A stretch of 24,000 bases of DNA, taken from NCBI GenBank assembly GCA_965541615.1, contig CBEUCJ010000003.1, positions 107,830 through 131,829 of the forward strand. Direction: 5' to 3'. Both the position numbers and the translations under genes were made by a program. The notes below the pieces were generated by a model. It was not told where the DNA came from, made no database searches, and saw nothing but the letters and a program-made list of their open reading frames with translations. Below, one piece after another: positions 16,307 through 23,469 of this stretch. This DNA is from an uncultured bacterium (GTDB lineage Bacteria > Omnitrophota > Gorgyraeia > Duberdicusellales > CBEUCJ01). Numbering within the stretch: the stretch's first letter is position 1; every line of letters starts with the position of its first letter.

Positions 16307-17053
16307 TTATTTCTGACTTAATTCACATTTATGACATTCTAAACACCTTATACATTCAGATTGAATTATATTTTTTTCAAGAGTTATTATCCCTTTAGGA
16401 CATTTCTGAATGCATATTTTACAATCTTTATTTTTGCATTTAAATATGTATTTAGTTAGAGAAAAATAACTTAAAATCTTAAAAAAGGCTCCTGTAAAAC
16501 AAAGATATCTGCACCAAAAGTAGGGGATAAAAAAATTTAAAATTAAAAGGATAAAAAACCATACTTTTTTTAGAAAAGAAGGTGGGAACTTAGAATATTT
16601 AAAAAATGGTTCTAACTCAACCATAGAATAATTCCCTTTGGAAATAAGAAATATCCCTATAGCTAAAAATAAAATTTTAAAATAGAAAAGGAAAATAAAT
16701 CTGCCTTGAAGAAAACTTAGAGGCATCTTAAAAAAATCTCTTATCTTTTTTAAATACCAGTTTATTATTCCAAAAGGGCAAATCCATCCACAAAAAAATC
16801 TTCCCCAAAATAAATGTGAAAAAAATGCTAATAAAAGAAAGATAAAAAATGATATTGAACTCATTAGGACTGAAAAATTCAACTTCAAAAGATAATAAAT
16901 ATGAACGATACTCACAAAGTATCCTAAGTATATTCCAAAAAATATGAAATTTATAAAGAGCAATAAGTTTCTTAAAGGGATTTTAAAATGATAAAAAAGA
17001 TAACTGCATAAAAATAAAGATACTATCAGAATACTCTTAGTTAATTCTTGCAT
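16307..17053 (-). CDS. Membrane polyferredoxin (NapH/MauN-like 4Fe-4S binding protein)
   Basis: 248 aa with several TM helices. Loop motifs FFCGWICPFG and FWCRYLCFTG. C-terminal cysteine clusters CKNKDCKICIQKCP and CIRCLECHKC. Confidence 0.75.
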   Translation of the reverse strand: MQELTKSILIVSLFLCSYLFYHFKIPLRNLLLFINFIFFGIYLGYFVSIVHIYYLLKLNFSVLMSSISFFIFLLLAFFSHLFWGRFFCGWICPFGIINWYLKKIRDFFKMPLSFLQGRFIFLFYFKILFLAIGIFLISKGNYSMVELEPFFKYSKFPPSFLKKVWFFILLILNFFIPYFWCRYLCFTGAFFKILSYFSLTKYIFKCKNKDCKICIQKCPKGIITLEKNIIQSECIRCLECHKCELSQK

Positions 17054-17058
17054 TTTGA

Positions 17059-17820
17059 TTATGGACTATTTATAAGTTTCAGAACTTGAGAATGTAAATA
17101 TTTATTAGAAGCTAAGTAACCTCTTTTTTTCACACTCCATTTGCTTCCATCTAAATATGTAAATTTGCCTCCTGCCTCTTCTATTAAAATCTTACCTGCT
17201 GCACAATCCCAAGCATAATCTGAGAATTCTATAGCAATATCTAATTTCCCAGAGGCTAAATAAGAAAGAACTCTTGCAGAACTCCCAAACATTCTTATAT
17301 TAAAGACGCTTTCTGAAATTCTTCCTAAAACTTTTAAAATTCTATCTTTATCTATCCTTATAGCTGAATCAAAAGAAACTGAAGCTTTTTTAAGAATTTT
17401 AACTTGAGAGACTTTTATTCTCTTTCTATTCAAAAAACTTCCTTTATTTTTCTGAGCCCAATACAATTCTTTAGTAAAAGGAAGATAAATTACACCTAAA
17501 ATAATTTCATCCTTGTAGCTTAAAGCAATTGAAACTCCAAATATTTCTATTCTGTGAATATAGTTGTGAGTACCATCTAAGGGATCTATTATCCATAAAA
17601 ATTCTTCTTTTTCTATCAAATCTTTTTCTGTCTCTTCTGAAAGTATCTGATGAGTAGGAAACTTCTTTTTTAAGATATCTACTATTATCTTTTCTGCTGT
17701 AAGGTCTATTTCGGTTGCTAAATTTCTATCTCCCTTTTTTATTATCTTTTTAACTTTACCAAAATTCTTTAAAAGGTAATCTCCTGCTTTTTGTGCAGCT
17801 AGTATTGCTGTCTTAAGCAT
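17059..17820 (-). CDS. suhB: Inositol monophosphatase family protein (compact archaeal/thermophile-type IMPase, possibly dual IMPase/FBPase)
   Basis: 253 aa. Motifs EETE, WIIDPLDGTHNY and WDCAAG. The size resembles the MJ0109/TM1415-type enzymes. Confidence 0.85.
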   Translation of the reverse strand: MLKTAILAAQKAGDYLLKNFGKVKKIIKKGDRNLATEIDLTAEKIIVDILKKKFPTHQILSEETEKDLIEKEEFLWIIDPLDGTHNYIHRIEIFGVSIALSYKDEIILGVIYLPFTKELYWAQKNKGSFLNRKRIKVSQVKILKKASVSFDSAIRIDKDRILKVLGRISESVFNIRMFGSSARVLSYLASGKLDIAIEFSDYAWDCAAGKILIEEAGGKFTYLDGSKWSVKKRGYLASNKYLHSQVLKLINSP

Positions 17821-17966
17821 TTTTTAAAGATATTATCATAATTTTGTATAAGAAGATAGAAAAAATATTATTTAGGATTTCAAAGATCTTTTTCAGTTCT
17901 ACCATATCCTCAAATTAGATGCATCTTCCAAATATGATAGAATTTCTTCCTTCTTTTCTTTTATAA

Positions 17967-18122
17967 TCATTTTTTTCTTAATTCTTCTAATATAGCTTTT
18001 AAGAGTCTCTCTATATTTTCTAACAACTCTATCTGTCTTTTTTGAATCTTTTGTTGCTCTGAACCTAACTTTTGAGCTTGTTCAGCTATTTTTTTCATAT
18101 CAAAAAGACTTTTGAAGTCCAT
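17967..18122 (-). CDS. Small hypothetical protein, 51 aa, predicted all-helical / coiled-coil
   Basis: Below the ORF-track size cutoff. GGAGGT SD sits 5 nt upstream of the ATG at 18122, with a near-consensus promoter upstream. Product: MDFKSLFDMKKIAEQAQKLGSEQQKIQKRQIELLENIERLLKAILEELRKK. Confidence 0.5.
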   Translation of the reverse strand: MDFKSLFDMKKIAEQAQKLGSEQQKIQKRQIELLENIERLLKAILEELRKK

Positions 18123-18155
18123 AATCTACCTCCTTTTTAAAATTTATTGTTTTTA

Positions 18156-18183
18156 ATTATACTCCTCAAAAAATTATTGACAA
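18156..18183 (-). promoter_or_regulatory. Sigma70-type promoter TTGTCA-N16-TATAAT driving the 51-aa ORF and probably the long minus-strand operon
   Basis: On the minus strand the -35 is at 18183..18178 and the -10 at 18161..18156. This is ~27 nt upstream of the SD-preceded ATG at 18122. Confidence 0.6.
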
Positions 18184-18204
18184 AGATTTTTAAATTATTA
18201 TAAT
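18177..18204 (+). promoter_or_regulatory. Consensus sigma70-type promoter TTGACA-N16-TATAAT for the speH-pdaD-speE-speB operon
   Basis: Perfect TTGACA (18177-18182) and perfect TATAAT (18199-18204). The predicted leader of ~45 nt ends in GAGGAGGT before the TTG start at 18256. Confidence 0.7.
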
Positions 18205-18255
18205 TGTGTTTAAAAATTATAGTTTTTAGGATTTTTTAAAGAGGAGGTAGCATGA

Positions 18256-18630
18256 TTGAAAGGATTAGGAACTCATATATTAGCAGAATTTATAGATTGT
18301 GACTCACATTTATTAAACTCACCTCAATTTATAAAAGAGCTCCTGGAAACCGCTGCCCTCAAAGCAGGAGCTACTATTATAGAAAGTTTTTTTCACCAAT
18401 TTAATCCTCATGGAGTAAGTGGAATTGTAGTCATTGCTGAATCTCATCTATCTATTCATACTTGGCCTGAGTTTGGTTTTGCAGCTGTAGATATATTCAC
18501 GTGTGGCCAAAGAGTAAAGCCTGAAATAGCTTTTGAATATATGAAAGAAAAATTAAAAGCTCAGAAAGTAGTTACAAAGAAACTTATAAGAGGAGATTCC
18601 AAATTTCTTGTTTTTAATAAAAACTTCTAA
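18256..18630 (+). CDS. speH: S-adenosylmethionine decarboxylase proenzyme, small class 1 (SpeH/SpeD type), pyruvoyl-dependent
   Basis: 124 aa. GTHILAEF start and the self-processing motif VIAESHLSIHTWPE (Ser63, nt 18442-18444). TTG start 7 nt after GGAGGT. Confidence 0.92.
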   Translation: MKGLGTHILAEFIDCDSHLLNSPQFIKELLETAALKAGATIIESFFHQFNPHGVSGIVVIAESHLSIHTWPEFGFAAVDIFTCGQRVKPEIAFEYMKEKLKAQKVVTKKLIRGDSKFLVFNKNF

Positions 18631-19094
18631 TGTTTGAACTACCTAAAAATTTTTTTTTAGTAAAGGGAAATGCTGAAGGATACTCTCCTCTGAATGCTTT
18701 TGATTCTGCTCTCCTCAAATCTGGTATTGGAAATACCAATTTAATTAAAGTTACAAGTATAATCCCACCGGGTTCCAAACGCATTAGACCTAAAAAAGCT
18801 TATCCTGGAAGTCTTTTACCTTGTGCTTATTCTTATAAAATATCTGATATCCCAGGAGAAATAATATCTGCTTGTGTATGTGTGGCTTTACCTGAAGAGG
18901 AATCTGCGCCTGGAGTGATTATGGAGTTTTCTTCTACTGGTCGCAAAGACTTAGCAGAAGAAATTGTGAAAAAAATGGCAGAAGAAGCTATGAATATAAG
19001 AGGATTAAAAATTAAAGAGATGTTTGTAACCTCTGTTCAACATAGAGTGAAAAAAATAGGCTGTGTGTTTGCAGGAGTAGTATTGTGGGGTTAG
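18630..19094 (+). CDS. pdaD: Pyruvoyl-dependent arginine decarboxylase
   Basis: 154 aa. N-terminal FFLVKGNAEGYSPLNAFDSALLKSGIGNTNLIKVTSIIPPG, with the presumed cleavage serine Ser43 at nt 18756-18758. Its ATG overlaps the speH stop (TAATG). Confidence 0.88.
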   Translation: MFELPKNFFLVKGNAEGYSPLNAFDSALLKSGIGNTNLIKVTSIIPPGSKRIRPKKAYPGSLLPCAYSYKISDIPGEIISACVCVALPEEESAPGVIMEFSSTGRKDLAEEIVKKMAEEAMNIRGLKIKEMFVTSVQHRVKKIGCVFAGVVLWG

Positions 19095-19933
19095 GAGAAA
19101 TTTGGTTCACTGAAAAGCATAATCCAGCTTCAGGTTTCTCCTTAAAAGTAAATAAATTCATTTTTGAAAAAAAATCTAAATATCAAAGGATCGTAATTTT
19201 TGATAATAATGATTATGGTAGAATTTTTCTATTAGATGATCTTATAATGCTTACACAAAAAGATGAGTTTACTTATCATGAAATGCTTACACATCCTGCT
19301 CTCTTTACCCACAAAAATCCCAAAGATGTTTTAATAATTGGTGGAGGAGATGGTGGAACAGCAAGAGAGATTTTAAAACATAAAACTGTAAAACACTTAG
19401 ATTTAGTAGAAATAGATAAAGATGTTATAGAAACTTCTAAGAAGTATTTAAAATTTTGTGGAAAAGCTTTTAATGACAAAAGGCTAAAAGTTATTATTCA
19501 AGATGGTATAAAATTTGTTAAAAATACAGATAAAAAATATGATTTAATTTTTGTAGATTCTACAGACCCTATAGGGATGGCAAAAGGATTATTTTCAAAA
19601 AATTTTTATAAAAATTGCTACAAGATTCTGAAAGAAGATGGAATCTTGACTACACTTTCAGAGTCTCCTTTTAATGATCCTAAATGGACCAAAGAAATTT
19701 TTAAAAATTTAAAAGCAGTATTTAAAAATGTATTTTTGTATTTGAGTTTTGTACCTGCTTATCCATCAGGAGTTTGGAGTTTTTGTATGGCGAGTAAAAT
19801 CTATCATCCTTTAAAAGATTTCCAAGAAAAAAGATATAAAAATTTTGATTCAAAGAATAAATATTATAATAAAGAAATCCACTTTGCCTGTTTTTGCCTC
19901 CCTGAATTTGTAAAAGACTTAATAAATGCCTAA
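19085..19933 (+). CDS. speE: Polyamine aminopropyltransferase (spermidine synthase family; amine acceptor not determinable)
   Basis: 282 aa. Motifs YQRIVIF, VLIIGGGDGGTAREILKH, VEID and FVDSTDPIG. GTG start at 19085 follows AGGAG. 10-nt overlap with pdaD. Confidence 0.92.
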   Translation: MGLGEIWFTEKHNPASGFSLKVNKFIFEKKSKYQRIVIFDNNDYGRIFLLDDLIMLTQKDEFTYHEMLTHPALFTHKNPKDVLIIGGGDGGTAREILKHKTVKHLDLVEIDKDVIETSKKYLKFCGKAFNDKRLKVIIQDGIKFVKNTDKKYDLIFVDSTDPIGMAKGLFSKNFYKNCYKILKEDGILTTLSESPFNDPKWTKEIFKNLKAVFKNVFLYLSFVPAYPSGVWSFCMASKIYHPLKDFQEKRYKNFDSKNKYYNKEIHFACFCLPEFVKDLINA

Positions 19934-20750
19934 AACTTTCTTAGGTACGCAAAACTTTGAAAATCCTGAGATTAAAATAATAGGGATTCCTTTAGATATT
20001 ACAAGCAGTTTTCTGAATGGAACAAGGTTTGGTCCTCAAAATATAAGAATAGCTTCTGAAAATTTAGAAACTTATAGCGTAGTTCTGAAAAAAGATTTGA
20101 AAGATAAAAAGATCTCTGATTTAGGAGATATAGAGATTTGCAGTGATATTAAGAAAGCTTTAAAAATGATAGAGAATAAAATAGATAGAGAGCTTAAGAG
20201 TGATGCTAAGTTGATACTTATAGGCGGAGAACACACTTTAAGTTTGGCTAGTATAAAGAGTTTTTTGAAAAAATTTCCTAAATTAAGCCTAATATGGTTC
20301 GATGCCCATTTAGATTTAAGAGATTCTTATCAAAATAATAAACTTTCCCATGCTACAGTCTTAAGAAGAATTTCTGAAATTTCTGATATTAAAATTTTTC
20401 ATATAGGATTTAGATCAGCTATAAAAGAAGAATTAGAATTTGCTAAGAAGAGAGTAACTCTTTTAAAAGCCTCAAAAAAAGAGATTGTGAAGATAAAGAG
20501 GAGTTTAAAATATGAACCAGTTTATGTGAGCTTCGATGTAGATTTTATAAACCCTGATTCTGTGAGAAGTGTAGGATGTCCTGAACCAGGAGGGGTTTAT
20601 TTTAATGAAGCCATAGAGCTAATGTATTCTTTAAAAGGATTAAATATTGTAGGTGCAGATTTTGTAGAATACAATGGTTTAATTGATCCTTATTTTACAG
20701 ATGGAACAAAAATAGCTAAGTTAATAAGAGAGTTTTTGCTCTTTATGTAA
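19926..20750 (+). CDS. speB: Ureohydrolase of the arginase family (agmatinase or N1-aminopropylagmatine ureohydrolase)
   Basis: 274 aa. Mn-ligand blocks GGEHTLS, DAHLDLRD and SFDVDFINP. 8-nt overlap with speE. Confidence 0.88.
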   Translation: MPKTFLGTQNFENPEIKIIGIPLDITSSFLNGTRFGPQNIRIASENLETYSVVLKKDLKDKKISDLGDIEICSDIKKALKMIENKIDRELKSDAKLILIGGEHTLSLASIKSFLKKFPKLSLIWFDAHLDLRDSYQNNKLSHATVLRRISEISDIKIFHIGFRSAIKEELEFAKKRVTLLKASKKEIVKIKRSLKYEPVYVSFDVDFINPDSVRSVGCPEPGGVYFNEAIELMYSLKGLNIVGADFVEYNGLIDPYFTDGTKIAKLIREFLLFM

Positions 20751-21380
20751 ATTGTTTATTACCCTGTCTAAATATCTCCTAAAGTTATTCTCAGGGCAAA
20801 AAGAAGACTCTGTATATAAAAGCATTTCAAACAAAAGAGAATTAAAATTCTTTGAATTAGGACTATCTAAAAACTTTTTAAATCTTTTACATAAATTTTC
20901 TTTTAAACCAGACTTTCTCTTCTTTAAAACTCCTTTTCTTTGAGCTCTTCTTATCAATTTATAAGCTCTCATTAATGAAGGTAAATTCTTAGGGATACTC
21001 TTAATCTCATCTTTTCCTTCTCTTTCTTTAATCTTCGTCCACTCTTTTAGAACATCTTGAGGTTTAGAAAGAACTTTACCTTTAAAAACATGAGGATGTC
21101 TTAAAATCAGTTTTTTATTTACTCTTTTTAAAACCTGATATAAAGTTAACTTCTTTTTTTCTTTAAGAATTTGAGTTATAAATACCAAAATTAAAAACAT
21201 ATCTCCTAACTCTTCTTCTATCATTTTTTTATCATTCTTAGTTAAAGCTTCTAATAATTCATATGTCTCTTCTAAAAGATAAGATTCCAAATCTTTTAAC
21301 TTCTGTTTTCTATCCCAAGGACAACCTCTTTTTGATCTTAAAATGCTCACTATCTTTACTAATTTTTTAAATTCTTTCAT
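20721..21380 (-). CDS. mazG: MazG-family nucleoside triphosphate pyrophosphohydrolase (one intact MazG domain plus a degenerate C-terminal half)
   Basis: 219 aa. Motifs RGCPWDRKQ, LLEETYELLEA, EELGDMF and RHPHVF. The C-terminal ~100 aa lack the acidic motif set. The 3' end overlaps the convergent speB by 30 nt. Confidence 0.85.
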   Translation of the reverse strand: MKEFKKLVKIVSILRSKRGCPWDRKQKLKDLESYLLEETYELLEALTKNDKKMIEEELGDMFLILVFITQILKEKKKLTLYQVLKRVNKKLILRHPHVFKGKVLSKPQDVLKEWTKIKEREGKDEIKSIPKNLPSLMRAYKLIRRAQRKGVLKKRKSGLKENLCKRFKKFLDSPNSKNFNSLLFEMLLYTESSFCPENNFRRYLDRVINNLHKEQKLSY

Positions 21381-21386
21381 TTTTGT

Positions 21387-21716
21387 TTACAGCTTTACTT
21401 TATCCTCAGGATTAAAGGGTGCTTTTATAAATATAGCTTTGGTAAATTTTGAAGGAATTATATTATGGGATTCATTGGGTTCTATTCTGAAAGCATCTCC
21501 TTGAGAGTATTTATGTTCAATTTCATTAATTATTATTTTACCTTCACCTTCTAAAAAATAAAAAGTCTCTTCTACTGTATTGTGTAAGTGCTTTCCTAAT
21601 TCTGTTGATTCTTTTAAAATTAATATACCCCATTCTATCTTTGGACCTCTAAATATATATTTTGGTCCCCAATCACCAAATCTAAAATCTTTTTCCTTTT
21701 CATTTGTGTACTCCAT
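21387..21716 (-). CDS. Small cupin-domain protein
   Basis: Cupin motifs GKHLHNTVEETFYFLEGEG and GDAFRIEPNESHN. I moved the start from the track's GTG (21725) to the ATG at 21716. The GTG is itself part of the SD GGAGGTG (21729..21723), which is correctly spaced for the ATG. Confidence 0.8.
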   Translation of the reverse strand: MEYTNEKEKDFRFGDWGPKYIFRGPKIEWGILILKESTELGKHLHNTVEETFYFLEGEGKIIINEIEHKYSQGDAFRIEPNESHNIIPSKFTKAIFIKAPFNPEDKVKL

Positions 21717-21749
21717 TATTTCCACCTCCTTTTAATTTAATAAAGTTAA

Positions 21750-22901
21750 TCAATACGCTTTTTCCAAAATTTTGATTACATCAGAGTAACCTAAAGGTTT
21801 CTTGTTTGCTTTTAGAGAACCTGAAGTTAAACTTTCTTTTGCTATAAAATCAAAGTCTTTTTTATTTACTCCTAAATCTCTTAAATTTTGAGGAATATTA
21901 AACTTTCTTAATAAACTTTTTATCTTCCTTATCAACCATAAACTTGCTTCTTTATTTTTTAAATCTTTTTTTAAACCTAACACTTTAGCTATTTTTTTAT
22001 AAAGAGGAGCACACACCTCTAAATTATATTCTGCTACATGAGGTAAAAGTACACTGCATATTAATCCATGGGGTATATTGTATAAAGCTCCTATAGGATG
22101 AGCTATACCATGGACAGCACCCAACCTAGCATTAAAGAGAGCAATACCTCCTAAAACTGAACCATACAATAATTCTTTTCTAGAATTAACATCACTCAAA
22201 TTTTTTAAGAGACCTTTTAAACCTTTATATAAAAGTCTTAAAGATTCTATACTCAAAGGTTGAGTGAATTCTGAAGCATTCTTTGAAGTGTAAGATTCTA
22301 TAGCTTGAACTATTCCATCTAAAACTGAATAGAGAGTGCTTTTGAAATCTAAATTTAAAGTCAATAAGGGATCCAAAATTACTACTTTTGCAAATAAAAA
22401 ATTGGATCTAAAACTCTTTTTAAATTTTCTTTCTTTTGAAATCAACACAGCATTGGGAGTAACCTCTGCTCCTGTTCCAGCTGTGGTAGGGACTGCTATG
22501 AAAGGTAAGCCTTCTGATTCTAAAGGAATATTTTCATACATATATTCATAGATACTTTTTTCTTTATTAGCTATGCCACTGGTCGCTTTTGCTAAATCTA
22601 TAACACTTCCTCCTCCTATTCCTATTACAGTATCTGCGCCAAATTTTTTACACATCTTTTGAGCAGCATCTACCATCTCTAAAGTAGGCTCTCCTCTATC
22701 TTTATAAAAGACTTTCAATTCCAAATCCTCTTTTTTAAAAGCTTTTTTCAAAAAATTTAAAACACCTATTTTCTTCATAGAATTTTTACCACATATTAAA
22801 AAATGTCTTTTTCCTAATCTTCTACAAATATTTACCAATTCTTTAATAGCTGATTCTCCAAATATTATTTTTGAGGGTAGTTTAAACTCTTTTATATTCA
22901 T
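21750..22901 (-). CDS. Iron-containing (group III) alcohol dehydrogenase family protein
   Basis: 383 aa. Motifs GIGGGSVIDLAK, PTTAGTGAEVT and GAVHGIAHPIGALYNIPHG. Confidence 0.88.
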   Translation of the reverse strand: MNIKEFKLPSKIIFGESAIKELVNICRRLGKRHFLICGKNSMKKIGVLNFLKKAFKKEDLELKVFYKDRGEPTLEMVDAAQKMCKKFGADTVIGIGGGSVIDLAKATSGIANKEKSIYEYMYENIPLESEGLPFIAVPTTAGTGAEVTPNAVLISKERKFKKSFRSNFLFAKVVILDPLLTLNLDFKSTLYSVLDGIVQAIESYTSKNASEFTQPLSIESLRLLYKGLKGLLKNLSDVNSRKELLYGSVLGGIALFNARLGAVHGIAHPIGALYNIPHGLICSVLLPHVAEYNLEVCAPLYKKIAKVLGLKKDLKNKEASLWLIRKIKSLLRKFNIPQNLRDLGVNKKDFDFIAKESLTSGSLKANKKPLGYSDVIKILEKAY

Positions 22902-23469
22902 TTATAAAAAGTATTTCTTTTAAAGGCCTCTTTGGAACACATAGAGTGCCAGATTTATCTAAATAATACTTTACGCTTCCTTTAAATTTTACTACTTTGG
23001 ATTTGTGTGCAGGATATCCTAAAGCTATCACAGAATCCAGTTCTAAAAAATTTGGCAACTTTAAAATTTTTTTTATCTCCTTTTTATTAATAGCTGCTAT
23101 CCAACAGCTTGCTATTCCAAAGTAATGTAAACTAAGTAAAATGTTCTGGACACCAGCTCCTACATCTCTTAAGTCAGGTCTTTGAGATTTATATTTATTT
23201 ATAAGGACCATTATGTAACTGGCAGGTCTCTCTTTCTCAGAAGGTGTACCTTTTGGATAGAGATAACCTGCCCATTTCAAATGAGGGAAAATTTTTTCTT
23301 TTAGATTTTTTTTAGTAATTACTAAAAACTCTAAAAATTGTAAATTAGCAGCTGAAGGTGCGTATCTAGCACTGTCAATTGCTTTTTTGATAAGAGAAAG
23401 TTTAACCTTCTTATTTAAAAATTTCCTTATACTTCTCCTCGTTTTAATTAATTCCAAAAAATCTTTCAT
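22882..23469 (-). CDS. Nitroreductase-family flavoprotein
   Basis: 195 aa. Motifs IKTRRSIRKF, ARYAPSAANLQ and GYP near the C-terminal part. Its start overlaps the ribD stop (ATGA), and its 3' end overlaps the ADH start by 20 nt. Confidence 0.8.
   Translation of the reverse strand: MKDFLELIKTRRSIRKFLNKKVKLSLIKKAIDSARYAPSAANLQFLEFLVITKKNLKEKIFPHLKWAGYLYPKGTPSEKERPASYIMVLINKYKSQRPDLRDVGAGVQNILLSLHYFGIASCWIAAINKKEIKKILKLPNFLELDSVIALGYPAHKSKVVKFKGSVKYYLDKSGTLCVPKRPLKEILFINEYKRV

Noticed and set aside
17882-17926. Perfect 10-bp palindromes AAAGATCTTT (17882-17891) and AGATGCATCT (17917-17926) between the 51-aa ORF and suhB, considered as operators or a terminator
   Set aside because: Palindromes this short are expected many times by chance in 24 kb of AT-rich DNA. 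They have no loop or T-tract, so they are not terminators, and they are not repeated elsewhere in the window.
18252-18254. ATG at 18252 as the speH start
   Set aside because: It is out of frame with the SpeH sequence and terminates after a few codons. The in-frame TTG at 18256 is correctly spaced from GGAGGT.
18205-18255. Possible SAM or polyamine-responsive riboswitch in the speH leader. I also considered a purine riboswitch upstream of purB/nfu (9943-9999, 10225-10322).
   Set aside because: The predicted leaders are only ~25-50 nt and AT-rich, with no conserved helices or junction. They are too short for any riboswitch aptamer plus expression platform that I know.
21717-21725. GTG start (21725) given by the ORF track for the cupin gene
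   Set aside because: The GTG is part of the SD GGAGGTG. The in-frame ATG at 21716 has the correct spacing, so I called the shorter 109-aa product.
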